DNA of 64,000 nt from a virus, in the IMG/VR virus record IMGVR_UViG_3300031576_000036, positions 3,148 through 67,147 of that record; one strand, written 5' to 3'. A program made the position numbers and the translations under genes. Numbering within the stretch: position 1 is the stretch's first letter; every line of letters begins with the position of its first letter. Shown here piece after piece: positions 8,874 to 18,700 of the stretch. The notes under the pieces are model-generated. The model was given only the letters and a program-made list of their open reading frames with translations, ran no database searches and was not told where the DNA came from.

Positions 8874-9884
8874 ATGCCAACACCAAACACAAAATTCTCA
8901 ACCGCGCTGTGCTACGGCGCGACGAAATCAGGAAAGACCCGCGAAATCGGCGCAATGAGCCTCTACATCTACCAAACTTACGGCAAAACGACTCGGCTCA
9001 TCAGCGCGGACGGCGGCGGGTGGGAGTCGGTACAGGATTACGTTGACGCGGGGATTATCGAACCTATCAACATAAGCGACGCGGCAACCCCACTCACGTT
9101 GTTGCATAGGCTGGCGCGAGGGGATTGGGAAGTGGAAGGGAAGTGGCTTCCCAGGGATCACAAGGATCAGCAGTTCTCCAACGTAGGAATGTACGCCATC
9201 GAGGGTTTCTACTCCATCTGCCAGCTTCTAATGGGCGACCAAATAGAGAAAGGCCGGAAGATCGCCGAGGACGTAGTGGGGAAGTTCGCGGAAAAAGACG
9301 CTGACACCGGCGAGCAGTTCACTTTCGGCAACGCCTCTCGCGCCCACTATGGGTTCGTGCAGCAACGGCTACTGCAACTGATTCGGGAATTTCAGGGCTT
9401 GTGCGCAGTGGGGGTCAATCAAATTCTCTTTACCTCTCTCGAATCAAGTGGGGAAGATGAGTTCACGAACGCGAAAATTCTCGGCCCGGCCAGCGCGGGC
9501 AAGGCGCTCACCCAGATATTGCCACAGAGAGTGGGAGATTTGATTCACCTAGAGATTGTAGCGAAACCAGCGGCTAAAGAAGGTCAACCGCCCACGCAAG
9601 AATACCGTGCGTATTTCCAGCCTCATATTGACTCGGAGATTCGACGCGCGTGGCCTGCGAGCTTACGGCTGACTCCGACGCTCAATCTGGAATTGCAGAA
9701 GGACGATGAGCTTAGGAAAGGGTATGTGGTGCTCACCGATGAACGAGGAGCGACTAGAGAGGGAGTAAGTAGGCTGTGGAGATGGAGGGATAGGACGCAA
9801 TCGAAAGGAGTCGAAGAACTCCGAAAAATAATGAACTCGAAAACAACAACTTTAACAACAACCGAAAAAGAAAGGACAAAGTAA
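8874..9884 (+). CDS. AAA ATPase, Sak4/AAA_24-like recombination protein
   Basis: Walker A YGATKSGKT, ISADGG, YAIEG; sits in an exonuclease-ATPase-SSB cassette. Confidence 0.7.
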   Translation: MPTPNTKFSTALCYGATKSGKTREIGAMSLYIYQTYGKTTRLISADGGGWESVQDYVDAGIIEPINISDAATPLTLLHRLARGDWEVEGKWLPRDHKDQQFSNVGMYAIEGFYSICQLLMGDQIEKGRKIAEDVVGKFAEKDADTGEQFTFGNASRAHYGFVQQRLLQLIREFQGLCAVGVNQILFTSLESSGEDEFTNAKILGPASAGKALTQILPQRVGDLIHLEIVAKPAAKEGQPPTQEYRAYFQPHIDSEIRRAWPASLRLTPTLNLELQKDDELRKGYVVLTDERGATREGVSRLWRWRDRTQSKGVEELRKIMNSKTTTLTTTEKERTK

Positions 9885-9890
9885 AACAAA

Positions 9891-10688
9891 ATGGCAAAAC
9901 GAAAATCAAGTGACGGCAACGAATTCACGGGAGCACACGAGGAAATCGCTTCCTCCGTTGGGGACTTCGATTTCAACGATCCCTCCCTCTTGGAGGAAGA
10001 AGTTGATCAGGTGAACGCCGATGTGGACGCAGATGAATTTCCCCCTCCTCCTCCAGATGGCATCTACAAAGTCAACTGGGATTTCTCTGAGAGCGACCCT
10101 GAAAAGCAGTTCTCTCTCAGGAAAGACAGCAAAGGGAAGGCATTCGGAATGACCAAATTGGTGGGAACGATAATTGACGCCAAGGATCAAAACACCCCAG
10201 AGCGCCTGTGGCTGAACCGCAAAGTGTTCTCAATGGTCAACACCATTGTGTTTCAGAGTGGGGCGAGCGGATTCGGGGATTGGCTCAAGTCCGTCGGGCG
10301 TAAGAATGTAGTGCAAGCGGTAGAACAGGCGCGCAACAAAGCCGAACAGCTTAACCTGTATCGCAAAGGCGCGGAGGATGCGATTGTGGAAGGCGCGCAG
10401 GGATGGGTGGCTATCTGCTGGGAAGGCTCTTACAAGCTTGAGAATGATGCTCTTGGTGGAACTTCATACATTCGTCCGAAAGGGAAGTACGCGAACGGAG
10501 AAAAGATCGCCAAGGATCATCCGGTGCAGAAGTTCACCAATATGAAAGCCTTCCCGACAAACGACAAGGGGGAGAGGGTTCCGAAGGTCATAGTCGTTGA
10601 CCCGGAGGACGGAAACGAATATGAGGTGTTGGCGCAGTTGACGGTGAAGACGTATATTCCGCTGCGCGAAGGGCAGCAGTCGGAATAA
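9891..10688 (+). CDS. putative single-stranded DNA-binding protein
   Basis: acidic, PPPDGIYKV motif, beta-rich; directly follows the Sak4-like gene. Confidence 0.5.
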   Translation: MAKRKSSDGNEFTGAHEEIASSVGDFDFNDPSLLEEEVDQVNADVDADEFPPPPPDGIYKVNWDFSESDPEKQFSLRKDSKGKAFGMTKLVGTIIDAKDQNTPERLWLNRKVFSMVNTIVFQSGASGFGDWLKSVGRKNVVQAVEQARNKAEQLNLYRKGAEDAIVEGAQGWVAICWEGSYKLENDALGGTSYIRPKGKYANGEKIAKDHPVQKFTNMKAFPTNDKGERVPKVIVVDPEDGNEYEVLAQLTVKTYIPLREGQQSE

Positions 10689-10704
10689 CGAGTGTGAAGA
10701 CTAT

Positions 10705-10770
10705 GGCCTTGCCCGCAAAGGATGCTACATAAGGGTGTGGCGTTACTCCGTGAAAGCCGGAGACAGGGCC
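10705..10770 (+). ncRNA. small tRNA-like cloverleaf element
   Basis: 7-bp closing stem GGCCTTG/CAGGGCC, hairpin ATGCTACAT/GTGTGGCGT, T-arm-like CTCCG-TGAAAGC-CGGAG. Confidence 0.4.
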
Positions 10771-10780
10771 TTCAGAGAAA

Positions 10781-10903
10781 GCTGCGGCGGCGCTGAAGGA
10801 AGCGCACGGATGGACTAGCAAACTGTCTGCCAGAGAAGCTAGAGTTCCGGCCCGAATCAGGCAGATAATGCAGGGAAGCAGGTTTCGAGTCCTGCCCGCA
10901 GCT
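10781..10903 (+). ncRNA. tRNA-like RNA with enlarged anticodon/variable region
   Basis: acceptor GCTGCGG/CCGCAGC, D arm GCGC-TGAAGGAA-GCGC, T arm GCAGG-TTTCGAGT-CCTGC; about 70 nt between D and T arms. Confidence 0.6.
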
Positions 10904-10930
10904 ACTTCCAATAGATTCGGAGGCATTACT

Positions 10931-11134
10931 ATGAACAAAATCGTTGAACTCGCTACCGTTACAACTAAAGACTTAGTAGACGAATTGCTAAGACGTACAG
11001 ACGTGGTAGAAGGTTTATTCATTGAACCCTTAGATAAGTGTGAGGTAGCAGTTATGCACGGGGATGGCTATCTAACCGGCGGAATGCACGAAGTGAACAA
11101 CGGGCCGTTTCTGTTGTTGCGGATAATTGATTGA
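10931..11134 (+). CDS. small hypothetical protein
   Basis: GGAGG RBS, ATG 10931; VTTKDLVDELLRR. Confidence 0.65.
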   Translation: MNKIVELATVTTKDLVDELLRRTDVVEGLFIEPLDKCEVAVMHGDGYLTGGMHEVNNGPFLLLRIID

Positions 11135-11146
11135 GGAGAAAAGAAA

Positions 11147-11554
11147 ATGTCAAACAAAATAATCCTAACCGGCGACAACGACTCTCCAATCGAGGAAGCA
11201 GCTTCCTCCGTGGAATTCCCAATGATTGACGAACGTTGGGAACCCCCTTTGGAACGGATGTTGCTGGATATGGAAGTCGTTGCGCTCGCCAACCGCGATG
11301 CGGGCATTTACCGTCGCGCGGGTTTGAAGGTGGACTCCGCCGAAGACGTGGAACTGTATATTCAGCGGCAACTCGGAACCTACGGAGGTCAGTTATCAAT
11401 GTCCCAAGCTGAATACTACCGAATGCGCGTCGCGGAACACCTATTCACCCTATGGATCACAACGGTAATTCAGCAGCAGCAACAGCGCGCGATGGAGACT
11501 AACCAAATCCTCGCGGAGATGAATCGTCCGCGCAAAAGTGAGCGCAGACATTAA
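11147..11554 (+). CDS. hypothetical protein
   Basis: GAGGAG RBS, operon packing. Confidence 0.7.
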   Translation: MSNKIILTGDNDSPIEEAASSVEFPMIDERWEPPLERMLLDMEVVALANRDAGIYRRAGLKVDSAEDVELYIQRQLGTYGGQLSMSQAEYYRMRVAEHLFTLWITTVIQQQQQRAMETNQILAEMNRPRKSERRH

Positions 11555-11591
11555 CAACCAACAACAACGACAAAAGAAAGGAAAAACGGAA

Positions 11592-12002
11592 ATGCCAACA
11601 GACAACAAATCCGACAAAGTGTACGCCGAGCCAACTGACCTCGACTTCGCCCGCCAGCAGTTGCAATTTAACCTCGCCGCCGTGATCGCGCGGTTTGAGT
11701 ATGAGACTGGGGTTGCGGTCGAAGAAGTCAAAGTGGTTCGGGAAACCAGAGACAACCACGACAACTACACAGATTTGAATGCAATCTGGAACGGCGACGG
11801 GCCGAGGTCCTATGTGACTCACGTGGGAGTGAGGTTGGCAAAGGGGAGGTTGGTGGGGCCGAATATGATTGAGCTTCCTGATGAGGAAGAGATAATACAA
11901 TTAGTAACGGACGTTGCTGACCAAGAGCTTGCGGCGATCAATGAGAAGTTTCAGGAAGCCGCTGAGCAAGATCGAGTGGATGCGGAGGAGATTCCTTGGT
12001 AG
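11592..12002 (+). CDS. hypothetical acidic protein
   Basis: ATG 11592 (MPTDNK); acidic C-terminus ending EEIPW. Confidence 0.65.
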   Translation: MPTDNKSDKVYAEPTDLDFARQQLQFNLAAVIARFEYETGVAVEEVKVVRETRDNHDNYTDLNAIWNGDGPRSYVTHVGVRLAKGRLVGPNMIELPDEEEIIQLVTDVADQELAAINEKFQEAAEQDRVDAEEIPW

Positions 12003-12027
12003 TTGGGGAAGGGAGGATTGAAAAGCT

Positions 12028-13485
12028 ATGACATTTACCAACGAAGAATCAAGACTACTGGATTGGGAAGCGGCTTCCGAACCTGAAACAGAGGAAGTCC
12101 CTGAAGTAGTAGCAGACTCAATCCTCCCTTCCCACCGAGGAAAGTCCCTTGACGACCTCGACGGGAAACATCCGGTTTGCTTCCTGACCGGTCAAGCGGG
12201 AACGGGTAAGACTTTTCAGCTTATTCAGAAATTGCTCGCTGACCCCAAGTACGCCTTGGTGTGCGCCACAACTGGCATCAGCGCCGTGAACCTCAACGCA
12301 ACCACCATCAATTCTGCCTTGGGGTACTCAACGGTGGAAGTAATGGGAGACAACTACCTCGCGGGCTATCTCGAAGCCTCCATCCGTCGCATTCGTGACG
12401 CTGGGTATGAATGGCTAGTGGTGGATGAGTGCAGTATGATGCATCGGAAAGCGTTTGAGTACTTGGTGATGGCCACCAGAGCGGTCAACGAAGCCGATAG
12501 CAGCAGACAGCCGTTAGGGGTGATGTTGACTGGGGATTTCGCCCAGCTATCTCCTATCGGAGAAACGATTATGATAGGCGGAAAGCCGGTTATTGAGAGA
12601 GGGAGGGAGAAGAAAGAGAAAACTCCCTGGTTGTTCCTGAGCGAAGAATGGCAGCAGTTCGACGACAACACTATTAAGCTTGAGAAAGTGTGGCGGCAAA
12701 CCAACCCCGACTTCCTCCGCGCGATCAACGCTATCCGTCGTGGTAGTGGGAACGCGGGGGCGGCGTTGCTCAAGCAAGCTGGAGTGCAGTTTGAACGGAG
12801 GTTGCTGACGGACTTCGACGGCACCACCATCGTCGCCAAAAACGACGAAGTTGACCGGTTGAATCAAATGCGACTGGCGCAACTTCCAAGACGCACAATG
12901 GGCTTTACAAACACCCGTTGGCACGCCCGCGCGAACCCTCCGGGGGAGTGGAAGAACATCCCTGGCGTTTTGCAGTTGAAGATAGATGCTTGGGTTATGT
13001 TGCTCACCAACAATCCCCCAGACTTCAACTACGTCAATGGCGACTGCGGCCACGTCCGGGAGTTTGTGTTACACCCTGAGACCGGGGAGCCGCAAGCGAT
13101 CCTCGTTGAGGTAGAGAGGACGAAGGAAGTCGTTTCCATTTCTAAGATCAAGCGGATGGTGGAGCAACGCGGGGAACCCGATGAGCCTGAGCGTTCACAC
13201 CCCAAGGTGAGCGAAGTGCAGGTGGGAAGACGTAAGGTGTGGTGTTTGGGGGAGATTGAGTATTGGCCTTTGCGATTGGCGTATGCTACGACTTGTCATA
13301 AGTCGCAGGGGCTTTCGCTGGATAGAGTGCAGATAGACCCACGGTCGCACTTCTTCGGCTCGCCCAATATGAGCTATGTCGCCATCTCGCGTGCTAGGAC
13401 GCCGGAAGGATTGATTGTGGTGGGCGGGGTGGAGGAGCTTGCTACTAAGATAAAGAGTGATCCTTTGGTGAGACGTTTCATTTAG
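12028..13485 (+). CDS. PIF1/RecD-like SF1B DNA helicase
   Basis: TGQAGTGKT, VVDECSM, TGDFAQL, VWRQ, PLRLAYATTCHKSQGLSLD, YVAISRAR. Confidence 0.92.
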   Translation: MTFTNEESRLLDWEAASEPETEEVPEVVADSILPSHRGKSLDDLDGKHPVCFLTGQAGTGKTFQLIQKLLADPKYALVCATTGISAVNLNATTINSALGYSTVEVMGDNYLAGYLEASIRRIRDAGYEWLVVDECSMMHRKAFEYLVMATRAVNEADSSRQPLGVMLTGDFAQLSPIGETIMIGGKPVIERGREKKEKTPWLFLSEEWQQFDDNTIKLEKVWRQTNPDFLRAINAIRRGSGNAGAALLKQAGVQFERRLLTDFDGTTIVAKNDEVDRLNQMRLAQLPRRTMGFTNTRWHARANPPGEWKNIPGVLQLKIDAWVMLLTNNPPDFNYVNGDCGHVREFVLHPETGEPQAILVEVERTKEVVSISKIKRMVEQRGEPDEPERSHPKVSEVQVGRRKVWCLGEIEYWPLRLAYATTCHKSQGLSLDRVQIDPRSHFFGSPNMSYVAISRARTPEGLIVVGGVEELATKIKSDPLVRRFI

Positions 13486-13520
13486 TTAATACCGATTGAC
13501 AGTAATACGAGGTTTTTGTA

Positions 13521-13940
13521 ATGAGTTTCAAATTTGATAGAGACGCAGCATTCGTGGGCGCATTTAGAACAATACAGCGCGAAGTTCACAAAACCGCCAA
13601 GGAAAAAGGCTGGTGGGCGGTTCCAAACCCGGCTATCATCGCGGGCTTGCAGATAGAGGGCATCATGGAGCGCAACGAACTGTATTCTCTGTTCCCCAAC
13701 CAAGCTGAGAAGATCGCGTTGATGCACTCGGAATTATCAGAGGCGTTGGAAGGGCTGAGGACGGAGGCGTTCTCGGACAAAATAGGAGAGTTCCGAGCGG
13801 TTGAGGAGGAGCTTGCAGACTTGGTGATTCGCGCGATGGATTTTTGTGAGTACTTTGGGTATGACCTGGCGGGGGCGATTGTGGCGAAAGCAGCGTACAA
13901 CAAAGGGAGATCGTTTATGCACGGAGGGAAGAAGTTTTAG
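13521..13940 (+). CDS. mazG: MazG-like nucleotide pyrophosphohydrolase
   Basis: IALMHSELSEALE, EEELADLVIR, KAAYNKGR...HGGKKF. Confidence 0.85.
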   Translation: MSFKFDRDAAFVGAFRTIQREVHKTAKEKGWWAVPNPAIIAGLQIEGIMERNELYSLFPNQAEKIALMHSELSEALEGLRTEAFSDKIGEFRAVEEELADLVIRAMDFCEYFGYDLAGAIVAKAAYNKGRSFMHGGKKF

Positions 13941-14072
13941 TTATGAAAGTAATTCTTGTGGATGTAGAAGAAACTGATGAGTTGAACGAAGAACGGTTCG
14001 TTATTCTAGCTGCTGAATCTGAAGAGGAGGACGCGGCATTGCAAGAGATTATCGCAACGGAGGACAGCAACA

Positions 14073-14342
14073 ATGGCGACCAAAAATAATCCAGGTAAAT
14101 GGGATTGCTACGAAAATGCTGACGCAGACGAGCCGATGTTTGTGCTGCTCGCACGGGACAGGCACGCTCCGGCGTTGGTGGAATTGTGGGCGGCGCTGCG
14201 AACGTTGGACGAAGACAACGTAGAACAGATTGAAGAGGCGGAGGAATGCGCTAAGAGTATGCTGCGGTGGAGGCTGCAAAATGGGAAGACTAAGACAGTG
14301 AGTATGCAGACAGTAGCGATTGCGGCGGTTGGGTGTCTATGA
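14073..14342 (+). CDS. conserved-looking phage hypothetical protein
   Basis: GGAGG RBS; DCYENADADEPMFVLLARD. Confidence 0.7.
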   Translation: MATKNNPGKWDCYENADADEPMFVLLARDRHAPALVELWAALRTLDEDNVEQIEEAEECAKSMLRWRLQNGKTKTVSMQTVAIAAVGCL

Positions 14343-14569
14343 GCGCCCCCAGAGTATTTGCGTTGCTCACGTTGCTGGGGTGGACCGTGATGGCAGTGAG
14401 TGAGTGGCAAGCGTTCGTAGGGGTGGTGAGGGTGGTGGTGGGATGGGGAGGGATATTGGTGGTGGGAGCGGTGATGCTGTCAGTGATAATTGCGCTAATG
14501 CCTGTGAGGAGGAAGCGACTTCCCTCCGCTAACAAAAATAATCTTGACATATCGAGAGGACAACAGTAA
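14339..14569 (+). CDS. small two-TM membrane protein
   Basis: two hydrophobic segments and a basic tail; ATGA overlap with upstream gene. Confidence 0.5.
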   Translation: MSAPRVFALLTLLGWTVMAVSEWQAFVGVVRVVVGWGGILVVGAVMLSVIIALMPVRRKRLPSANKNNLDISRGQQ

Positions 14570-14572
14570 TAT
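14544..14572 (+). promoter_or_regulatory. putative sigma70-type promoter
   Basis: TTGACA (14544-14549), 17-nt spacer, TAATAT (14567-14572); A-rich upstream. Confidence 0.55.
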
Positions 14573-14577
14573 GCTTC

Positions 14578-14930
14578 CGCATATCAAGCTAGCAGCGATA
14601 CTTGCACCAACCTGGACATTCGTTGCTAGCGATTCCTGCCAAATGCAGGTGTCGCTGCTTCTATTGTCCTCTCGGTTCTGCAAATTTCATCGTAACAAGT
14701 TCTTTTGTCTTTGCAGGACCGTACAATCTACCTACCCGGCTGGGCGATCAACGGAGCGCCTTTTCAAGGGGAGTAGTTTGTCTACAACGGTTGCGCTCAC
14801 CCAGCAGCGGTCCTGCAAAGATAAGAGAATTATAGAAGTTCTCAAAAGTGGAGAGGCAGACTTCAGGGAAGAAGTGCGTTTAATTGAATGCCGCAGCCCC
14901 TTGGTAGGATATTTATTAAGTAAACAATGA
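14578..14930 (+). ncRNA. candidate structured ncRNA or leader
   Basis: 22-bp inverted repeat 14700-14721/14808-14829 enclosing stem 14739-14747/14797-14805; no convincing ORF. Confidence 0.4.
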
Positions 14931-14981
14931 ACCTACAAGGCAGTAACAACTGGTATCTACACTGCTCAAAGGAATCCAACA

Positions 14982-15371
14982 ATGCTAGACATTCAAGCCT
15001 GCTCCGACGGTATTAGTGCGCAGTGGGAGAAAGATCGCGCTGCAACACAAATGACATTAGGCAGGCTAATCAAAGTCTTGGAAGCAATGTCCCCAGACGC
15101 GCCCGTAGCAAACCTACACTCTCCCCACAGTTACCGAGGCTACTACGGAGATTTGGCTTTTGAGCGTGTCGAAGGAACCCAGCCTGCCTCAGAGCTTCTA
15201 GCCACTTGTAAATCTGCTATGGGTCAGGTGTTCGCAGGGTACAGAGGGGGAGATTTCGTAATGGGCGCGCTTGCTCCGGTTTGGGTAGCGAAGTATGGAG
15301 ATTGTGGAGAGAAGATCATTGCGCTGGAAAACACTGGAGAGATTATAACCAAGCAAGACGACTACAACTAA
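14982..15371 (+). CDS. hypothetical phage protein
   Basis: AAGGA RBS; MTLGRLI...HSYRGYYGDLAFE...GYRGGDF. Confidence 0.7.
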   Translation: MLDIQACSDGISAQWEKDRAATQMTLGRLIKVLEAMSPDAPVANLHSPHSYRGYYGDLAFERVEGTQPASELLATCKSAMGQVFAGYRGGDFVMGALAPVWVAKYGDCGEKIIALENTGEIITKQDDYN

Positions 15372-15768
15372 GAATAAAAGTGCCCCCAACATCCCTCCAC
15401 CCCCACTTAGGCCCCACTCAGGGTGGAAAAAGGAAAACACTTTTATGCCCACACCTGAGCAACTCAGAAAGCTCGCTGATGCGCAAGCTAAACTCCGCGA
15501 AGCCGAGAAGCGACGACGGCTGGACAAAATAATAGCCACGCTCGAACGAAACCAAGCTGTCCGAGCAGCGGCGATGAACAACCAATCTATAACTAAAAAG
15601 GAGTAACCAGGATGCCAAGAGGAACCAAGTCACAAAAACGTCGGGAACAACAACGCAGAGAGCAGCCCAAGTGCGCGAACGGCTGCGGACGAACTGTAAG
15701 CAGCGAGAGACAGGTGTGCGGGACTTGCGCGAGTAAACCGCCGAAGAAATAACTTGAAGGAAGCGACA

Positions 15769-18700
15769 ATGGCAATCACTCAACAACCGAAATCCTGTGA
15801 AGGCTGTGCGCTTTCGGGTATCTCCAAAGGCTTTATGTCCCCAGAAGGGAAAGGCTCCCTAGGAGTCTTGCTCGTCGGGGAAGCAGCTGGAGAGCACGAG
15901 ATGAGAGATTCACTTCCATTCAGGCCGCAAGCCCAAGCGGGAAGTGTACTAGAGAGAGCTATCAAGCGAATGGGATTGTCCCGCGAACAATTCGTGATCT
16001 CAAATGTCATAAATTGCAGGCCCAAAGACAATAAACTCGAAGGAGAATGGTATGAACAAGCAGCAATTGAACACTGTAAACGAAACCTTGGGGGTGTTGT
16101 TGAACGATTTGCGCCGCGCGCAATCGTCGCTCTTGGAAATATCCCGCTCCGTGCCCTTACCGGAACCGCCGGTCCGGGCAGAACTGTTACTGCTCTACGA
16201 GGATATTGCCTTCCTGCAACAACGTATACAGCAACGGAAGGGAAACCTATTCCAGTTATCCCAACCTACCATCCCTCCTTCATCTCCCGTGGAAACGAAC
16301 ATCTCTTAGGGGTGTTAATGCACGACTTGGGGAAGGCGATCAAGGTTGCGAGCGGGAAGCTCGTGGAAGGAAGCCACTTCCTTTACGATCCCTTGGGTGA
16401 CGACAGTGACAAGCTCAAATATTACTACCCAGTCCCAAGCGAAAAGGTAGACGAGCTTCTGGAAGCCGCTTCCGACCCAAACGCCCTCATTGCCTACGAC
16501 ATCGAAACTGCCTTCACTGGCAAGGGCAAAGGTGAGGACGAATACGAGATGATCGAGGGCGATGAGATCGTCCAAATTCAATTCTCCCTTCGTCCTGGCG
16601 AGGCTTGCATATTTCCCTGGTCAGATGCAGTTAGAGAACTAAGCAGAAAGATTCTGGGAGGTTGCGCAAGAAAAGTTTCCCAAAATGGCTGGCGCTTCGA
16701 CCAAGTTAAACTACGAGCAGAGGGAGTAAGGGTTGCGGGGGAGGACATAGATGTAATGACTGCCTTCCATCATTTGCAGCCTGATCTCCCTGCGGACTTA
16801 CAGTTCATTGCTTCGATGTTTGGCTTCCCTTTTCCTTGGAAGCATTTGGGAACAAAGGACTTAACCTATGCGGGCGCAGATGTGGACGCCTTACAGCGAA
16901 TAATGCAGAAGCTTCCTGAAGATATGCGCAAGCGGGGGGTTTGGGATAGCTACGTCGAGATGGTCTTGGGGCTACAGCCTATCTTGGAAGGAATGCAAAC
17001 CCGTGGCATCCGACTTGACCTCGAAGCGAGAGAGCAGTTTCGAGTGGAGATCGAAGAGCAAAAGAAAGTCGTCAACACTCAATTGCAAGCGGAAGTCCCG
17101 GAGGTAGTGAAACCTAGAAAGGTTTACAAAGACTGGCCTGATGAGTGCAAGGAGTACCTCTCCGCTGTTAAGGAGGCTAACATTATCATCGGCAAAAAGG
17201 GCGGGAAGCGGCTTCCGGTCGTGACAATGGGCGTGGCTACCGCCGACCATCACATCGCGCTTACCATTGAACAGCGAAGAGACCTGGTTGAACAGCTAGG
17301 TAAGCAGTGGCGCTACGACAACGGCTCTTTACATCGGGTTGACTTGTTTCTGCCGAACTCAACCGCGCACTTAAAGAAACTAATCGTTCACTTTGGCGAA
17401 AAGGTTCCCAAGAATTTAGATGATGACGACACCACCGCGCGTCCAGAGTTAGAGAAGCTGATCGAGAAGCTTCACAAAGAAGCGGACAAGCTCAAAGCAA
17501 AGAAGCGCCCCACAGACGACGATCTCGTAAAGATAGAACAAAAGCTCTCGCTGGTGAAGTTGATAGAACAGAGCATCGAATACCGACAACTGAACAAAAT
17601 CGGCTCGACTTACATAGAAGGTTGGCAACCAGACTCCAATGGGCTAGTTCATACAACCTACACCTTCTCTCCCGCTTCGTGGCAACTGGCTGCCATCCGC
17701 CCAAACGTTATGAATGCGCCTGTGCATAGTGAGCTTGCTAAGAAATTCAAAAAGCTTCAAGTAGCATCTTCAGGTTGTACATTGATCGCCGCTGACTACT
17801 CTGCCTGCCACTTGAAGACCCTCGCGTTCGAGGCTGAAGACATCTCCTATTATCGGATGGCCTGCATTGACGGGCACTCTACCGTAGCGGCGTTGATGCT
17901 CAAGTTGGTAAGCCCTGAAAAACTTTTCTCTATGGAAGACGGGGAACTACGTGATTACTTCAAGTGGTTAAAGTCCGATAAAGACCGACTCCGGGTTCGC
18001 AACAAACAAGCAAAACCCTGCATTGCCGAAGGGGAACTTGTGCTAACCCAACGAGGTCTGGTCCCAATCCAAGCCGTCTCGATTGACGACCGACTTTGGG
18101 ATGGAGTAGAATGGGTTTCCCACGGCGGGGTTGTATGTCTTGGAGAGAAGGAGATTATTGAATATGACGGACTCAAAGCTACGCCAGATCACGAAGTCTA
18201 CACCGCCTGCAAGCGGAAGGTATCGCTCAGGGAAGCAGCATCGGGATCACTTAGGCTCGAAAGATCAGGAGATGATTGGAAAGCGATTCGGACAGATGGT
18301 TGTTATATCAGCGACGATCAAACGGGTGCCAAGGGGCGGCAGCAATCGGCGCGAGAGACTATTGCATCACTGCCAATGTCAGGTTTGTGGCGCGAAGGCT
18401 TGGATAGATCGTTGTTGGCTAAGAACCATCAAGGAGAAGGGTTGCAGGAAGTGCGCAGACTTGGCAAATCAGATTCCTCACTCCAAGAAAATTGGTCGGC
18501 GTTACGACGCCATAGTAGCTCGTTGTTACAATCCGACCAATCCAGCTTTTCATCGCTACGGTGGGCGGGGGATCAAATGCAACTTCAACTCACGAGAGCA
18601 CTTCACCAGATGGATAGTGGAGAACCTGCCGCACGAGAACTACAACGGAGTGGAAATAGATCGAATAGACAACGACGGGCATTACGAGCCTGGGAACTTG

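Noticed and set aside
10781-10903. Canonical tRNA-Ala(AGC) or tmRNA
   Set aside because: No G3-U70 pair, an 8-nt T loop and an oversized variable region; too short for tmRNA and no tag ORF.
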